A DNA stretch of 64,000 bases from Octopus vulgaris. Taxonomy: Eukaryota. The stretch is from positions 93,682,001 to 93,746,000 of the forward strand of contig OX597814.1 of the NCBI GenBank assembly GCA_951406725.2, written 5' to 3'. The translations under genes were made by a program, and so were the position numbers. Positions 30,389 to 45,019 of the stretch are shown piece by piece; within the stretch, counting starts at the first letter, position 1; each line of letters begins with the position of its first letter. The notes beneath the pieces are model-generated. The model made no database searches. It was not told the origin of the DNA and saw nothing but the letters and a program-made list of their open reading frames with translations.

Positions 30389-30392
<4 letters not shown>
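29600..30392 (+). mobile_element. Penelope-like 3' end: C-rich tract then hammerhead-like motif, ending at (TA)n
   Basis: 30272-30307 reads CTTT-CTGTGGA-A-GAGC-GTAG-GCTC-GAAA-CG-TA-AAAG, with paired stems I and II. No ORF, so the PLE assignment is an inference. Confidence 0.6.
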
Positions 30393-30454
<62 letters not shown>

Positions 30455-30629
30455 TCTATATCTATTTATATCTATATTCCTTTATAGTCTTACTCGTTTC
30501 AGCCGTGCAGCTGCGGTCATACTGGAAGACCACCGTGGTCTGTCCGATTTACTCAGTCTGGGGCATTTCACATTACCACTCCTGTATATGTCTTTGTCCC
30601 AACTGTTGGCCCATTTGGTGTCTAAAGGA

Positions 30630-31200
30630 GTTTGATTCCGCTGTCCTCGTTTGCACGTCATGCAGGGCTGTTGGTTCATCCGGTATTGTGGAGAGAAGGA
30701 TGTCTAGTTCTTTTTTTGAAGACATCTACTTCCGCCTTATGCAGATTTTCTAATTTTTGTGGCAAGATATTAAAGAGCTGTGGGTCTTTGAACCCTATTG
30801 CAGTACCTAGTCCTGAATTTACATGGAGTGGATGTTACTTTTACTACAATACATCGGCGGCTAGTCTGGCATTTGTATAACACTCAATACCAAAGTTAGG
30901 GACTAGCCCTTCTAGGATTTTCTATATGTATATTATTGTATATCTCTCACGCCTTCGCTCCAGGAGGTAAAGTTATAGTTTTCTCAGCCTATCCCTGTAG
31001 CTCATCTGCTGTACTGTTTCAATTTTTTTAGTGTAGTGGCATTGGACTGCTTCAAGCTCCACTGTTCGTTTGGCACTATGTGATGACCATAACTGGGAAC
31101 AGTAGTCCAGGCGGCTGGGAAATACGAGAAAAAAGTTCACATAGGGTCAACATAGTATCTTGGTCTCTTGTCTTGAAGGGCCTCGGTATCCAGTCTGCAG
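30630..31200 (-). mobile_element. CR1/Jockey-group LINE 3' RT fragment
   Basis: Minus strand SRLDYCSQLWS...LEAVQ..YTKKI...SYRDRL..L.LYLLERRRER...KILEGLVPN. Confidence 0.8.
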
Positions 31201-31288
31201 TTGTCTGCAGGATGCACACATATACACACACATATATATTTATAGATGCATATATATTTATATATATATATATGTATCACGCTATACA

Positions 31289-31333
<45 letters not shown>

Positions 31334-32743
31334 CATATGTGCGTGTGTGTTGTAGGTGAATGTGTATGTGTGTGTGTATGTGTATATTGTGTGATGATAT
31401 TTCCTTATACTTAAAATTTTCGTGTAGGCGACGTTAGTTAACCGGCCTATTTTGTGCATTTGAATTAATAGAATATTAATCAGGATAAACAATATTTCAT
31501 ATCTAGGTGCTGAAATATGTGGACTAATCAATGGTCACGTGGTTGGTCATGTGGTCAATAAAGCATGTTTTTAGGGGAAATGTAACAGAAAGTGGTTCTG
31601 CTCTAGAATCAGAATTAATGTGTTTTATTGATAGCTCCTATTCTTTTTGACTGCTATCAATGTGGTTCGACTTTAGGGTTAAGCAGTTAATTAATCGTAT
31701 GGTTGGTGACGTTGTCGGCCATATGATTGCTCACGTGGTTTGATATAATAGTGATGTCGGTTCTAGTCGTCAGTTTTCGCTTTCTACTTGTCCAGCAAGA
31801 ACCTACGCATATGGATGCAAGTTGACATCAACTCAGCTATTCTATTAAGGACTGGAGAGAGAAGACGGATGATGCGTAGTGTCGATGTGAGACAGAAGTC
31901 ACAGATCTTGAATTCATTTCTATATAGTTATATCAGCCTCATTATTACGTGTGTGACATTTCTGCTCATTACTGCATCATTTGATTTCCAACTGTATTTT
32001 GATAGTTCTGCCGTTTTTGTTAGGTGGTGATAGAAAATTAAACACCATTTTGTTAGTACAAGCAGATTTTGAATAGGTTATGCTTAAGTGTTAATTTTAC
32101 ATCATTTAGTATACTCAGTTTCTTCTGTGGCATTTGCCTTTCATGAGATGTGCATCTATGTTGTAGTAGTTCCATATCAAGGCTATCTACATTGTGGATA
32201 TTATCTGTTGGATATGTTCCTTATACAGCTGAAGCTCAATTTTATTGCGTTTACCATCTGTCCAAATAGGAAGTGTTTGGTGATGGGTGAGAGAAAGTTC
32301 TTCCAAATTTTTTTGTATTGGCGCTGATTTGTAGGTGGTACTTTATACGATTCGTGCCTCTTCTGTATTTGGCGTTACTATTTCACAAGACTATCAGACA
32401 CATGATTAGATCTAAAGAAAAATCAATTACTCCTGCATGTCAAAGCCACGGACGTCATAAAAAAGCATGAATGACAGCGTGAACAATCACCTAAACGACC
32501 ATACCTGTAATTACATAACAACTGCACGACAAAAGTGTATAATATATTTAAATCAGATGAGTGCTATTCCATTTTCATACTTTGAGACTCACGATCAACA
32601 TACCGAGTAAAACATCTAGCGATGCAGAAAGGATTTCGATTAACACATACAATTATAACAGATTCTACGCACTACACACTTCTAACAAAGGTGTGTACTG
32701 AACACATTGCATTTTTGCAGAAAAACACGTATCCACAAATATG

Positions 32744-32928
<185 letters not shown>

Positions 32929-33227
32929 GGAGGCGCAATGGCCCAGTGGTTAGGGCAGCGGACTCGCAGTCGTAGGATCGCGGTTTCGATTCCTAGTGTT
33001 GTGAGTGTTTATTGAGCGAAAACACCTAAAAAGCTCCACGAGGGTCCGGCAGGGTGGGGGGTGATCCCTGCTGTACTCTTTCACCACACTTTCTCTCACT
33101 CTTTCTTCTGTTGGCCTGCTCGCTTAGCCAGCGGGGTGGCGTCATTCGAAGGCTAAAACAATGCGAACGCATTGTGACCAGCGATGTGTAACAACATCTG
33201 ATGGTCTGGTCGGTCACGTGATCGTGA
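32929..33227 (+). mobile_element. tRNA-derived SINE (OR-like), near full length
   Basis: A box TGGCCCAGTGG, anticodon-like GACTCGCAGTC, B box GTTTCGATTCC. Follows a long (TA)n tract. Confidence 0.88.
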
Positions 33228-33391
33228 TTATATTATATTATATGTATATTATATTATATATATATATATATATGTATGTATATACAAACACATATATATA
33301 TATTTATATATACACAAACACATATATATATATATTTATATGCATGATTAGTTGCATGTGGTATGTAAATTTATATCATTTATCATTTTAG

Positions 33392-33531
33392 ATTTTGGTG
33401 TTGATCGTCTTCTAGAGCTGTCTGAGAAATCAATGATTCCATGGTTGATGAGCAATGTAACAGACAATATAACTGAAAAACCTCTTGCAAATGGAGCCCT
33501 TTCATATATGCTGGAATGGAATGGAAAGAAA
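33392..33531 (+). CDS. 5'-nucleotidase-family (calcineurin-like metallophosphoesterase, CG11883-like) internal exon A
   Basis: tttag acceptor and GTGAGC donor. Encodes (D)FGVDRLLELSEKSMIPWLMSNVTDNITEKPLANGALSYMLEWNGKK, the segment that follows the GNHDF motif in this family. Phase 1 to 0. Confidence 0.85.
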
Positions 33532-33599
33532 GTGAGCCAAATTTCTTTCTCTTTATTTTCTTCACTTATTATTTCTTTATTCATGTTATAATAATAATG

Positions 33600-33654
<55 letters not shown>

Positions 33655-33700
33655 CAACAACAACAACAACAACAACAATAATAATAATAATAATAACAAT

Positions 33701-34670
33701 AATGGCATATTCCTTAATGAGCAAAAAGGATATAAACGTGGGTGCTATGGTTGTAAAGATCAGCTTCTCATCAATGAAATTGTCATAAACAACACAAAAA
33801 CTTGTCGATAGCCTGGGTAGACTATAAAATTGCTTCTGATAGTCTACCACATAGCTGGATTAAGAAACGACGTACTGGAAACAAGCACAGAAAAAGCTAA
33901 GCGTATGAAAACCCGTACTAAAATTGCTGCCTTAGATATTCTTAGTGATAAATGGCAAGAAAATCCTCTCAGTAGCAAATACCCAAAGAGAGCTAATAAT
34001 GCCGATGTTGACAAAGCCCTTACCCATCAATGATTAGTGTTTTCTGGCTTAAAATCAGGAACAGAAGCAATTACCATAACCTCCCAAGATCAACATTTAC
34101 CTACAAATAGCTGCCATACCAACATATTCAAGAAATGCAGTAGCCCAACATGTCATATATGTAAACAATAAAATGAAGCAATTGATCATGTTGTCTCTCT
34201 GTGCAGTCTTCTTGCGCCTACAGAGTATCACCTCAGGCATGATAGAACAGCACAGTATATTCTCTGGGTAATTTGCAAAAACCTGGACCTGCCTCAGGAT
34301 AAAAACTGATGGGAACACAAACCACATTCAGTGCTTGAAAATGATCACATCTCACTCCTTTGAAACTTCACCGTTCAAACTGACAGAAAGATAGCTGCGA
34401 ATAGGCCATCCATTATATCGAAAGACTTGAGACAAAGATCATGCCCCCACATTCGTTTGTCTGTCCCAATCGACATAAATGTATCTGTCAAGACCTCCCA
34501 AAAAACAAGCAATTATAAAGAACTTGAAATGGAAATGGCAAAATGTGGAACCTCAAGACTAAAATAATGCCTGTTGTCATAGGTGCCCCAGGAATGGTAA
34601 CAAAACGGGCTGATTCCTACCTAGCTCAGAAACCAGGAAACACCAAAAATGGAAGAAATACAAAATAAAA
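33701..34670 (+). mobile_element. R4/Dong-like LINE 3' part, decayed, downstream of (AAT)n
   Basis: ADVDKALTHQW, C-x2-C...H...C knuckle, RHDR and IMPVVIGA remnants. Confidence 0.8.
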
Positions 34671-34679
34671 ATACAAAGC

Positions 34680-37312
<2,633 letters not shown>

Positions 37313-37313
37313 A

Positions 37314-37366
<53 letters not shown>

Positions 37367-37395
37367 TGATGATGATGATGACGATAATAATAATA

Positions 37396-37606
37396 GCTTC
37401 AAATTTTGCCACAAGGGCAGCAGTTTTGGAGGAGAAGATGAGTTGATGTAATCGACTCCAGTGTTCAACTGCAACTTATTTTATCGACACCGAAAGGATG
37501 AAAGTAAAGCCGACCTCGGCAGACTTTGAACTCGGAACGTAGTGACGGGCGAAATGCCGCTAACCGTTTTGTCATACTTGCTAGCTATTCTGTCAGCTGG
37601 CTACCA
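37396..37606 (-). mobile_element. OK-like SINE (duplicated at about 39918-40129)
   Basis: Reverse-complement core CGAAAGGATGAAAG.AAAGCCGACCTCGGC and TTTGAACTC. Confidence 0.8.
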
Positions 37607-37652
37607 TAATAATAATGATGATGATGATGATAATAATAATGATAATAATAAT

Positions 37653-38119
37653 ATGGTATAGGCACACGCCAGAAAAGGTCACAGAAAACGAGAAAGTACC
37701 ATACTCTGGGATATGCTAATACACACAGATAGAGATATTAAGGCCAATAGGCCAGATATAGTTGTCAGAGATCATGAAGAAAAATGCTTTCTAATTGATG
37801 TATTAATACCTGCAGATGACAACGTTTCTCTAAAAGAAATGGAAAAACTTTCAAATTACAAAGACCTGGAAATAGAAATAACACGAATGTGGAATCTAAA
37901 AATAGAGATAATTCGTATCATAGTAGGCACTTTAGGTATGATAACAAAATATTCAGACAAATACATAACAAAAACACCAGGACTTACAAATATATACAAC
38001 ATACAGAAAATTACACTTTCATTACAATAACCATAAGAGCATCACGGCAAATCACAGCACACACCCAAGGCACACAGAGCTGCGCTCGGTAGTGAAAGTA
38101 CGTTATAAAAATAAAACTA

Positions 38120-38123
<4 letters not shown>
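37653..38123 (+). mobile_element. 5'-truncated R4/Dong-like LINE (RLE endonuclease), copy A, flanked by (AAT)n
   Basis: ILWDMLIHTDRDIKANRPDIVVRD..FLIDV..E..K..KDLEIE. Duplicated at about 40176-40646. Confidence 0.9.
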
Positions 38124-38168
<45 letters not shown>

Positions 38169-38170
<2 letters not shown>

Positions 38171-38947
38171 CATCTTTTTTCTGTTGTTATTCCATAATGT
38201 TGGCATAGCTTCCAATGTATGTAGGTTCCAACTCTGTCATGTCTGTGAATATATTCCTTTTTAGCCAGGACTGAGCAGCTAGAGATAATATGATTTAAGA
38301 AACAATAAATCATATTATCTCTAGCTGCCCAGTCCTGGCTAAAAAGGAATATATTCACAGACATGACAGAGTTGGAACCTACATACATTGGAAGCTATGC
38401 CAACATTATGGAATAACAACAGAAAAAAGATGGTATAGGCACACACCAGAAAAGGTCACAGAAAATGAGAAAGCAACCATACTCTGGGATATGCCGATAC
38501 ACACAGATAGAGAAATTAAGGCCAACAGACCAGATATAGTTGTCAGAGATCATGAAGAAAAAAAATGCTTTCTAATTGATGTATCAATACCGGCAGATGA
38601 CAACGTGTCTCTAAAAGAAATGGAGAAACTCTCAAAATACAAAGACCTGGAAATAGAGGTAACTAGAATGTGGAATCTGAAAACAGAAACAATTCCTATC
38701 ATAGTAGGTGCATTAGGCATGATAAAAAAATATTCAGACAAATACATAACAAAAACACCAGGAATTACAAACACATATAACATACAGAAAATTGCACTAC
38801 TAGGCACTGCACACATCCTACGCAGAACACTTTCCATACAATAACCATCAGAGCATCACAACAAATCACAGCACATACCCAAGGCACACAGAGCTGCGCT
38901 CGGTAGTGAAGTGAAAGCACGCTATAAAAATAAAATAAAACTACTGA
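38169..38947 (+). mobile_element. 5'-truncated R4/Dong-like LINE, copy B, with a fold-back inverted 5' end
   Basis: Open frame HIISSC..RHDRVG..RPDIVV..IDV..TAHILRRTLSIQ*. 38169-38297 is the reverse complement of 38306-38434. Duplicated at about 40692-41467. Confidence 0.92.
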
Positions 38948-39257
38948 ATAATAATAATAATAATCATAATAATAATAATAATAATCACCATTTCTATTAC
39001 ATGTACAAAGCTGAAAAGTCTGGTGAGAGTGGGACAATTTATTGGTCACAAAACAATTAAAGGCAACGTTGACCACAGTGTATCTTGAACTCAGAACGTA
39101 AAGCCGGACAAAATGCCTCTAAGCATTTTCTTCCGGCATGCTAACGGTTCTGCTAGTTCACCACCCTAATGATAACAACAACAATTACTACTATAACAAC
39201 GACGAAACGACGACAACACCAACAACAACAACAACAACAATAATAATAATAATAATG

Positions 39258-39351
<94 letters not shown>

Positions 39352-39830
39352 TAATAATAGAGTGATACAGGGTAATTGACCAGATATAATCATTAAAGAC
39401 ATGGAAGAAAATACTTGTATACTAATAGATGTAAGTGTTCCCACTGATAATCATTATATCTGTAAAGGAATTTGACAAATTAAGGACTCGGAAATTGAAA
39501 TACAAAAGATGTGGCCTCTTAAAGCAAGAACTGTTCCTGTTATTGTGGGTGCCCTAGATATGATAAGAAAGAGATGTTAGAAGCATCTAGATAATATCCC
39601 AGGAGAACCAAGTCTCAGAAATCCGAAATATTGTACTGACAAGTACCTTTCACATCCTTAGAGAAAACCCTATCAATTTAAATGTATGTGTTGTATTACA
39701 TGAAGATATTTCGCTACTGTCCCTGCTACTTGTCCTTTCATCAGTGAAACTGTAACATCTCTTACCTTTCACTCACCTTAAGATAATGGGTGTGTCTCGG
39801 CAAGTGATTATAACATTCAGATTAAAAGTA

Positions 39831-39889
<59 letters not shown>

Positions 39890-40642
39890 TGATGATGATG
39901 ATGACGATAATAATAATAGCTTCAAATTTTGCCACAAGGGCAGCAGTTTTGGAGGAGAAGATGAGTTGATGTAATCGACTCCAGTGTTCAACTGCAACTT
40001 ATTTTATCGACACCGAAAGGATGAAAGTAAAGCCGACCTCGGCAGACTTTGAACTCGGAACGTAGTGACGGGCGAAATGCCGCTAACCGTTTTGTCATAC
40101 TTGCTAGCTATTCTGTCAGCTGGCTACCATAATAATAATGATGATGATGATGATAATAATAATGATAATAATAATATGGTATAGGCACACGCCAGAAAAG
40201 GTCACAGAAAACGAGAAAGTACCATACTCTGGGATATGCTAATACACACAGATAGAGATATTAAGGCCAATAGGCCAGATATAGTTGTCAGAGATCATGA
40301 AGAAAAATGCTTTCTAATTGATGTATTAATACCTGCAGATGACAACGTTTCTCTAAAAGAAATGGAAAAACTTTCAAATTACAAAGACCTGGAAATAGAA
40401 ATAACACGAATGTGGAATCTAAAAATAGAGATAATTCGTATCATAGTAGGCACTTTAGGTATGATAACAAAATATTCAGACAAATACATAACAAAAACAC
40501 CAGGACTTACAAATATATACAACATACAGAAAATTACACTTTCATTACAATAACCATAAGAGCATCACGGCAAATCACAGCACACACCCAAGGCACACAG
40601 AGCTGCGCTCGGTAGTGAAAGTACGTTATAAAAATAAAACTA

Positions 40643-40693
<51 letters not shown>

Positions 40694-41800
40694 CATCTTT
40701 TTTCTGTTGTTATTCCATAATGTTGGCATAGCTTCCAATGTATGTAGGTTCCAACTCTGTCATGTCTGTGAATATATTCCTTTTTAGCCAGGACTGAGCA
40801 GCTAGAGATAATATGATTTAAGAAACAATAAATCATATTATCTCTAGCTGCCCAGTCCTGGCTAAAAGGAATATATTCACAGACATGACAGAGTTGGAAC
40901 CTACATACATTGGAAGCTATGCCAACATTATGGAATAACAACAGAAAAAGATGGTATAGGCACACACCAGAAAAGGTCACAGAAAATGAGAAAGCAACCA
41001 TACTCTGGGATATGCCGATACACACAGATAGAGAAATTAAGGCCAACAGACCAGATATAGTTGTCAGAGATCATGAAGAAAAAAATGCTTTCTAATTGAT
41101 GTATCAATACCGGCAGATGACAACGTGTCTCTAAAAGAAATGGAGAAACTCTCAAAATACAAAGACCTGGAAATAGAGGTAACTAGAATGTGGAATCTGA
41201 AAACAGAAACAATTCCTATCATAGTAGGTGCATTAGGCATGATAAAAAAATATTCAGACAAATACATAACAAAAACACCAGGAATTACAAACACATATAA
41301 CATACAGAAAATTGCACTACTAGGCACTGCACACATCCTACGCAGAACACTTTCCATACAATAACCATCAGAGCATCACAACAAATCACAGCACATACCC
41401 AAGGCACACAGAGCTGCGCTCGGTAGTGAAGTGAAAGCACGCTATAAAAATAAAATAAAACTACTGAATAATAATAATAATAATCATAATAATAATAATA
41501 ATAATCACCATTTCTATTACATGTACAAAGCTGAAAAGTCTGGTGAGAGTGGGACAATTTATTGGTCACAAAACAATTAAAGGCAACGTTGACCACAGTG
41601 TATCTTGAACTCAGAACGTAAAGCCGGACAAAATGCCTCTAAGCATTTTCTTCCGGCATGCTAACGGTTCTGCTAGTTCACCACCCTAATGATAACAACA
41701 ACAATTACTACTATAACAACGACGAAACGACGACAACAACAACAACAACAACAACAACAATAATAATAATAATAATGATAATAATAATAATAATAATAAT

Positions 41801-42480
41801 AAGGCTGATAGGTGGGAACAAAAACCTCTGCATGGCAAATATGAGGCCCGTAGTAAACAAGTTGATGTAGACCACAAGCACACCCATCAGTGGCTACGGA
41901 GCTTAGGGCTAAAGGCAGAGAGGGAAGGCTTTATCTTGGCTGCCAAAGATCAGAGCTTCTTGACCCGGGACTATCACGTCAGTGTAATGAAAAATGGTGT
42001 AGACCCAAAGTGCAGATACTGCAGCGATGGGATAGAAACAGTGGACCACCTAATCTCTGGATGTAAGGTTTTAGCACCTGTAAAGTACAAATCAAGACAT
42101 GACAGAGTTGGCCGATGTCTACATTGGATATCGTGTCGGTATTATAAAATCAAAACTGCTGACAAAAGGTACAAGCACCACTCTGAGGCTGTAACTGAGG
42201 GAGAAATGTAACTATTCTTGGAGACTTCCCAGTATGTACAGACCAGACCATCAAAGCAAATAAAGCAGCTATTGTTGTGAAAGACCTAAACAATAAAGTC
42301 TGTTTATTGGCTGACATGAGCATATCCTGTGACCATAATATCTTGGCAAAAGAATTTTAAAAGCTTAGAAAATAAAAAGATTTGCTGATCAAAATCGAAA
42401 AGATGTGGCATCTCAAAACGGTTACAATACCTGTCATTGTAGGATCAAAAAAAGAAACTGAAAATTATGTAAGAATGACC
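41801..42480 (+). mobile_element. R4/Dong-like LINE 3' fragment
   Basis: HQWLRSLGLKAE, CRYCSDGIETVDHLISGC, RHDRVG. Confidence 0.85.
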
Positions 42481-42903
42481 CATGAGGTGGAGTTCGTCGT
42501 AGATTTCCTGGAGATAGCATAAATTTGTGTGCTTCCACGTGTGCTGTTGATTTTGGCGGCAGGTACAACGTCTGAGTAAGCACTTTTGTCAAAATGTTTG
42601 ACTCTAAGTTGAGTTACGGGCCTTTTTCAATGGGAGGACCAAAACGGCTCAGCCATATATCCATCGAACAGTCACTTTTTCTGCTGCAATTGGCTTTTCG
42701 TTGCACACTGCACCTTCGGCCGAGTATCTGTCACCTCCCGTTAACATATTAGCAAAGTTTCACTGTGAAACTGAAAATCTTTGCATTAGTATCTCGTGCC
42801 CAGTGCTGTCCGCCAGAAATTGTAGTGTGGTTTTGCTTTTAATGTCTAATTCATCCACTCGCAACTCACCGAACAGCTTTCGTGTATTCGTGTTTCAGTA
42901 TGT

Positions 42904-43150
42904 GGAGGCGCGTGGCTTAGTGATTAGGGTGTTCGGCTCATCATTGTAAGGTTCTAGTTTCGATTCCTAGAGCGGGTGATGCGTTGTATTCTTCAGTAAA
43001 ATACTTCACTTCAAGTTGCTAAACTCTACTCAGCTGGGAAAAATGAGTAATCCTGCGATGGACCGGCGTCCGGCTAGGTGGGGATTATATACTCCATAAA
43101 ACCTGGAAACCGGCCCTTATGAGTCGGTATGGCTCAAGAAGGTAACTTTA
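42904..43150 (+). mobile_element. tRNA-derived SINE (related copies at about 54384-54660 and 56561-56860)
   Basis: GGCGCGTGGCTTAGTG.T.AGGGT.TTC A-box head and GTT(T)CGATTC B box, shared among the copies. Confidence 0.75.
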
Positions 43151-43305
43151 CTGCTTCAGTGCCTGAACAATTCATCTTCCACGTTTTGAGCTACTTAAAT
43201 AGACAACTGACACATCCGTGCCTTTTCTGTTTGCTTCTTTTAAACTTTTGATTAGCTTTTATCATTTGTTATGATGAGGTAATAAATTTATTTTGTATGT
43301 TTTAG

Positions 43306-43431
43306 ATAGGTCTAATTGGACTTGTAGAAAAAGAATGGATTGCAACATTAGGCACACTTGATCCTGAAGATGTAACATTTCAAGACTTTGTGGCCGTTGG
43401 CTCAAAAATTGGAAAAGAATTGAAAGATGAC
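43306..43431 (+). CDS. 5'-nucleotidase-family exon B
   Basis: ttttag acceptor and GTGAGT donor. 126 nt encoding IGLIGLVEKEWIATLGTLDPEDVTFQDFVAVGSKIGKELKDD. Phase 0 to 0, continuing exon A. Confidence 0.88.
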
Positions 43432-43534
43432 GTGAGTAATAACTATCATATCCATCCATCCATCCATCCATCCATAAACGTACGCACGGACACATACACA
43501 CATACATACATACACACATGCATACATACATACA

Positions 43535-43565
<31 letters not shown>

Positions 43566-44400
43566 TTTAGCAGGTGCTGCCTGAGTGATACCATACGGCA
43601 TTCGAAGGCCGTCTGCACCGATCTCAGGCTTCTACCACCTTCATTTCTTCTTAGGTGGCGCCTGTCAACATCACTGTTTCTGTGGAAGTTCCCAGTTGTT
43701 GTCAGGATTTTGCGGGTTTTGATATCTATGGAGTGGGTTTCCTCTACAGACCAATCAAGTATCCCAAATGTTGGGATCAGCACTGGTATTGCATATATTG
43801 TTTGTTAGTAAACGCTTAAAGGAGAATCTGGATAAACTGTGATTTTCAGAAAGAGAGATTGACCGGCTGATTCGTACATTACAAGTGCAATCTATAAGTA
43901 GAACAGTAAAAATATGCATGACTGTTCTCAAGTTCTGAATGTGAATGTGTCTGCTCCCAGAGATGGAGCATTGTATCTTTGTTGGAAACCGGCTCCCTCC
44001 TCAGTGGAAGATTTATTATAATTGAAAAAATAGAAGAGACATACATACATACGACTGCTCCAAGTTTCTATATCCAGACGATAAATTTACATTTATACCA
44101 ATAATAACTAGTGTATTTGGTTTTGTGAGTAAATGTCTAAGTGATAATCTAGATAAGTTGGGATTAGAATTTTCAGGACAAAAAATAAAAAAAAAATTTT
44201 TAAATCAACCAACTAACTCGCCCATTACAAATATAATCTGTAAGTGGAACAGTAAAAGTATGCAAGACTTTTCTCTAGTTTAAAATGTGACATTCTTTTT
44301 GTTATCTATGTTCCAAGGATGGAGGGCTGTATCTTTCTTACAAAACCAGCTCCTTCCTCAAAGGAAGAATTTTAATGATTAAGAACAAAAGAAATCAAAC
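43566..44400. mobile_element. R4/Dong-like fragments in (TACA)n: inverted internal piece plus two 3' ends
   Basis: 43566-43800 on the minus strand gives LIPTFGILDWS..NFHRNSDVDR..RNEGGR. 43820-44040 and 44235-44400 are similar + strand 3' ends. Confidence 0.7.
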
Positions 44401-44461
44401 GTAGATATGTATATACACACACACACACATACATACATACTCTCTCTCTCTCTCTCTCTCT

Positions 44462-44519
<58 letters not shown>

Positions 44520-44582
44520 ATATGCATATATGTGTATTTGTGTACGTACATATGCTAACTCTTTCTTTTATTCATTTTGTAG

Positions 44583-44705
44583 GGTGCAGATATCGTCATT
44601 GCACTAACTCACATGCGGTGGCCAAATGATGAACGCCTCGCAGAAGAAGCAGAACATATCGACCTCATCCTGGGGGGTCATGATCATGATTATGGCCTTA
44701 AAGAG
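44583..44705 (+). CDS. 5'-nucleotidase-family exon C (metal-binding His motifs)
   Basis: tgtag acceptor and GTATAT donor. GADIVIALTHMRWPNDERLAEEAEHIDLILGGHDHDYGLKE contains the LTH and GGHDH metallophosphoesterase motifs. Confidence 0.93.
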
Positions 44706-45019
44706 GTATATCCATGGAAGAAACAAATTCTTTATTTTTATTTACAAACAAGGCGACGAGCTGGTAGAATCGTAATATTTAAGTTTGTGTGTATCAGTTT
44801 TCTACAATAGGTTGACTTGTTTTCATTTTTCACATACAGGACACTGCTTAATCACACATCATTTACTGTCCCCTACTCTTTATTTTTCGGCAACACCATC
44901 TATGTACAAATGTACTAATGTAAGCACGAGCACACGTGCGCAAGCGCGCGCACACTCATGCATACATACATGAATACATACATGCAGACAAACAAACAGA
45001 CAGACATATAAACATATAA

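Noticed and set aside
31400-32700. Possible old Penelope remnant with a degenerate hammerhead near 31430-31485 (similar hints at about 4200-4800 and 7950-8700)
   Set aside because: Too decayed to recover diagnostic motifs or stems by eye.
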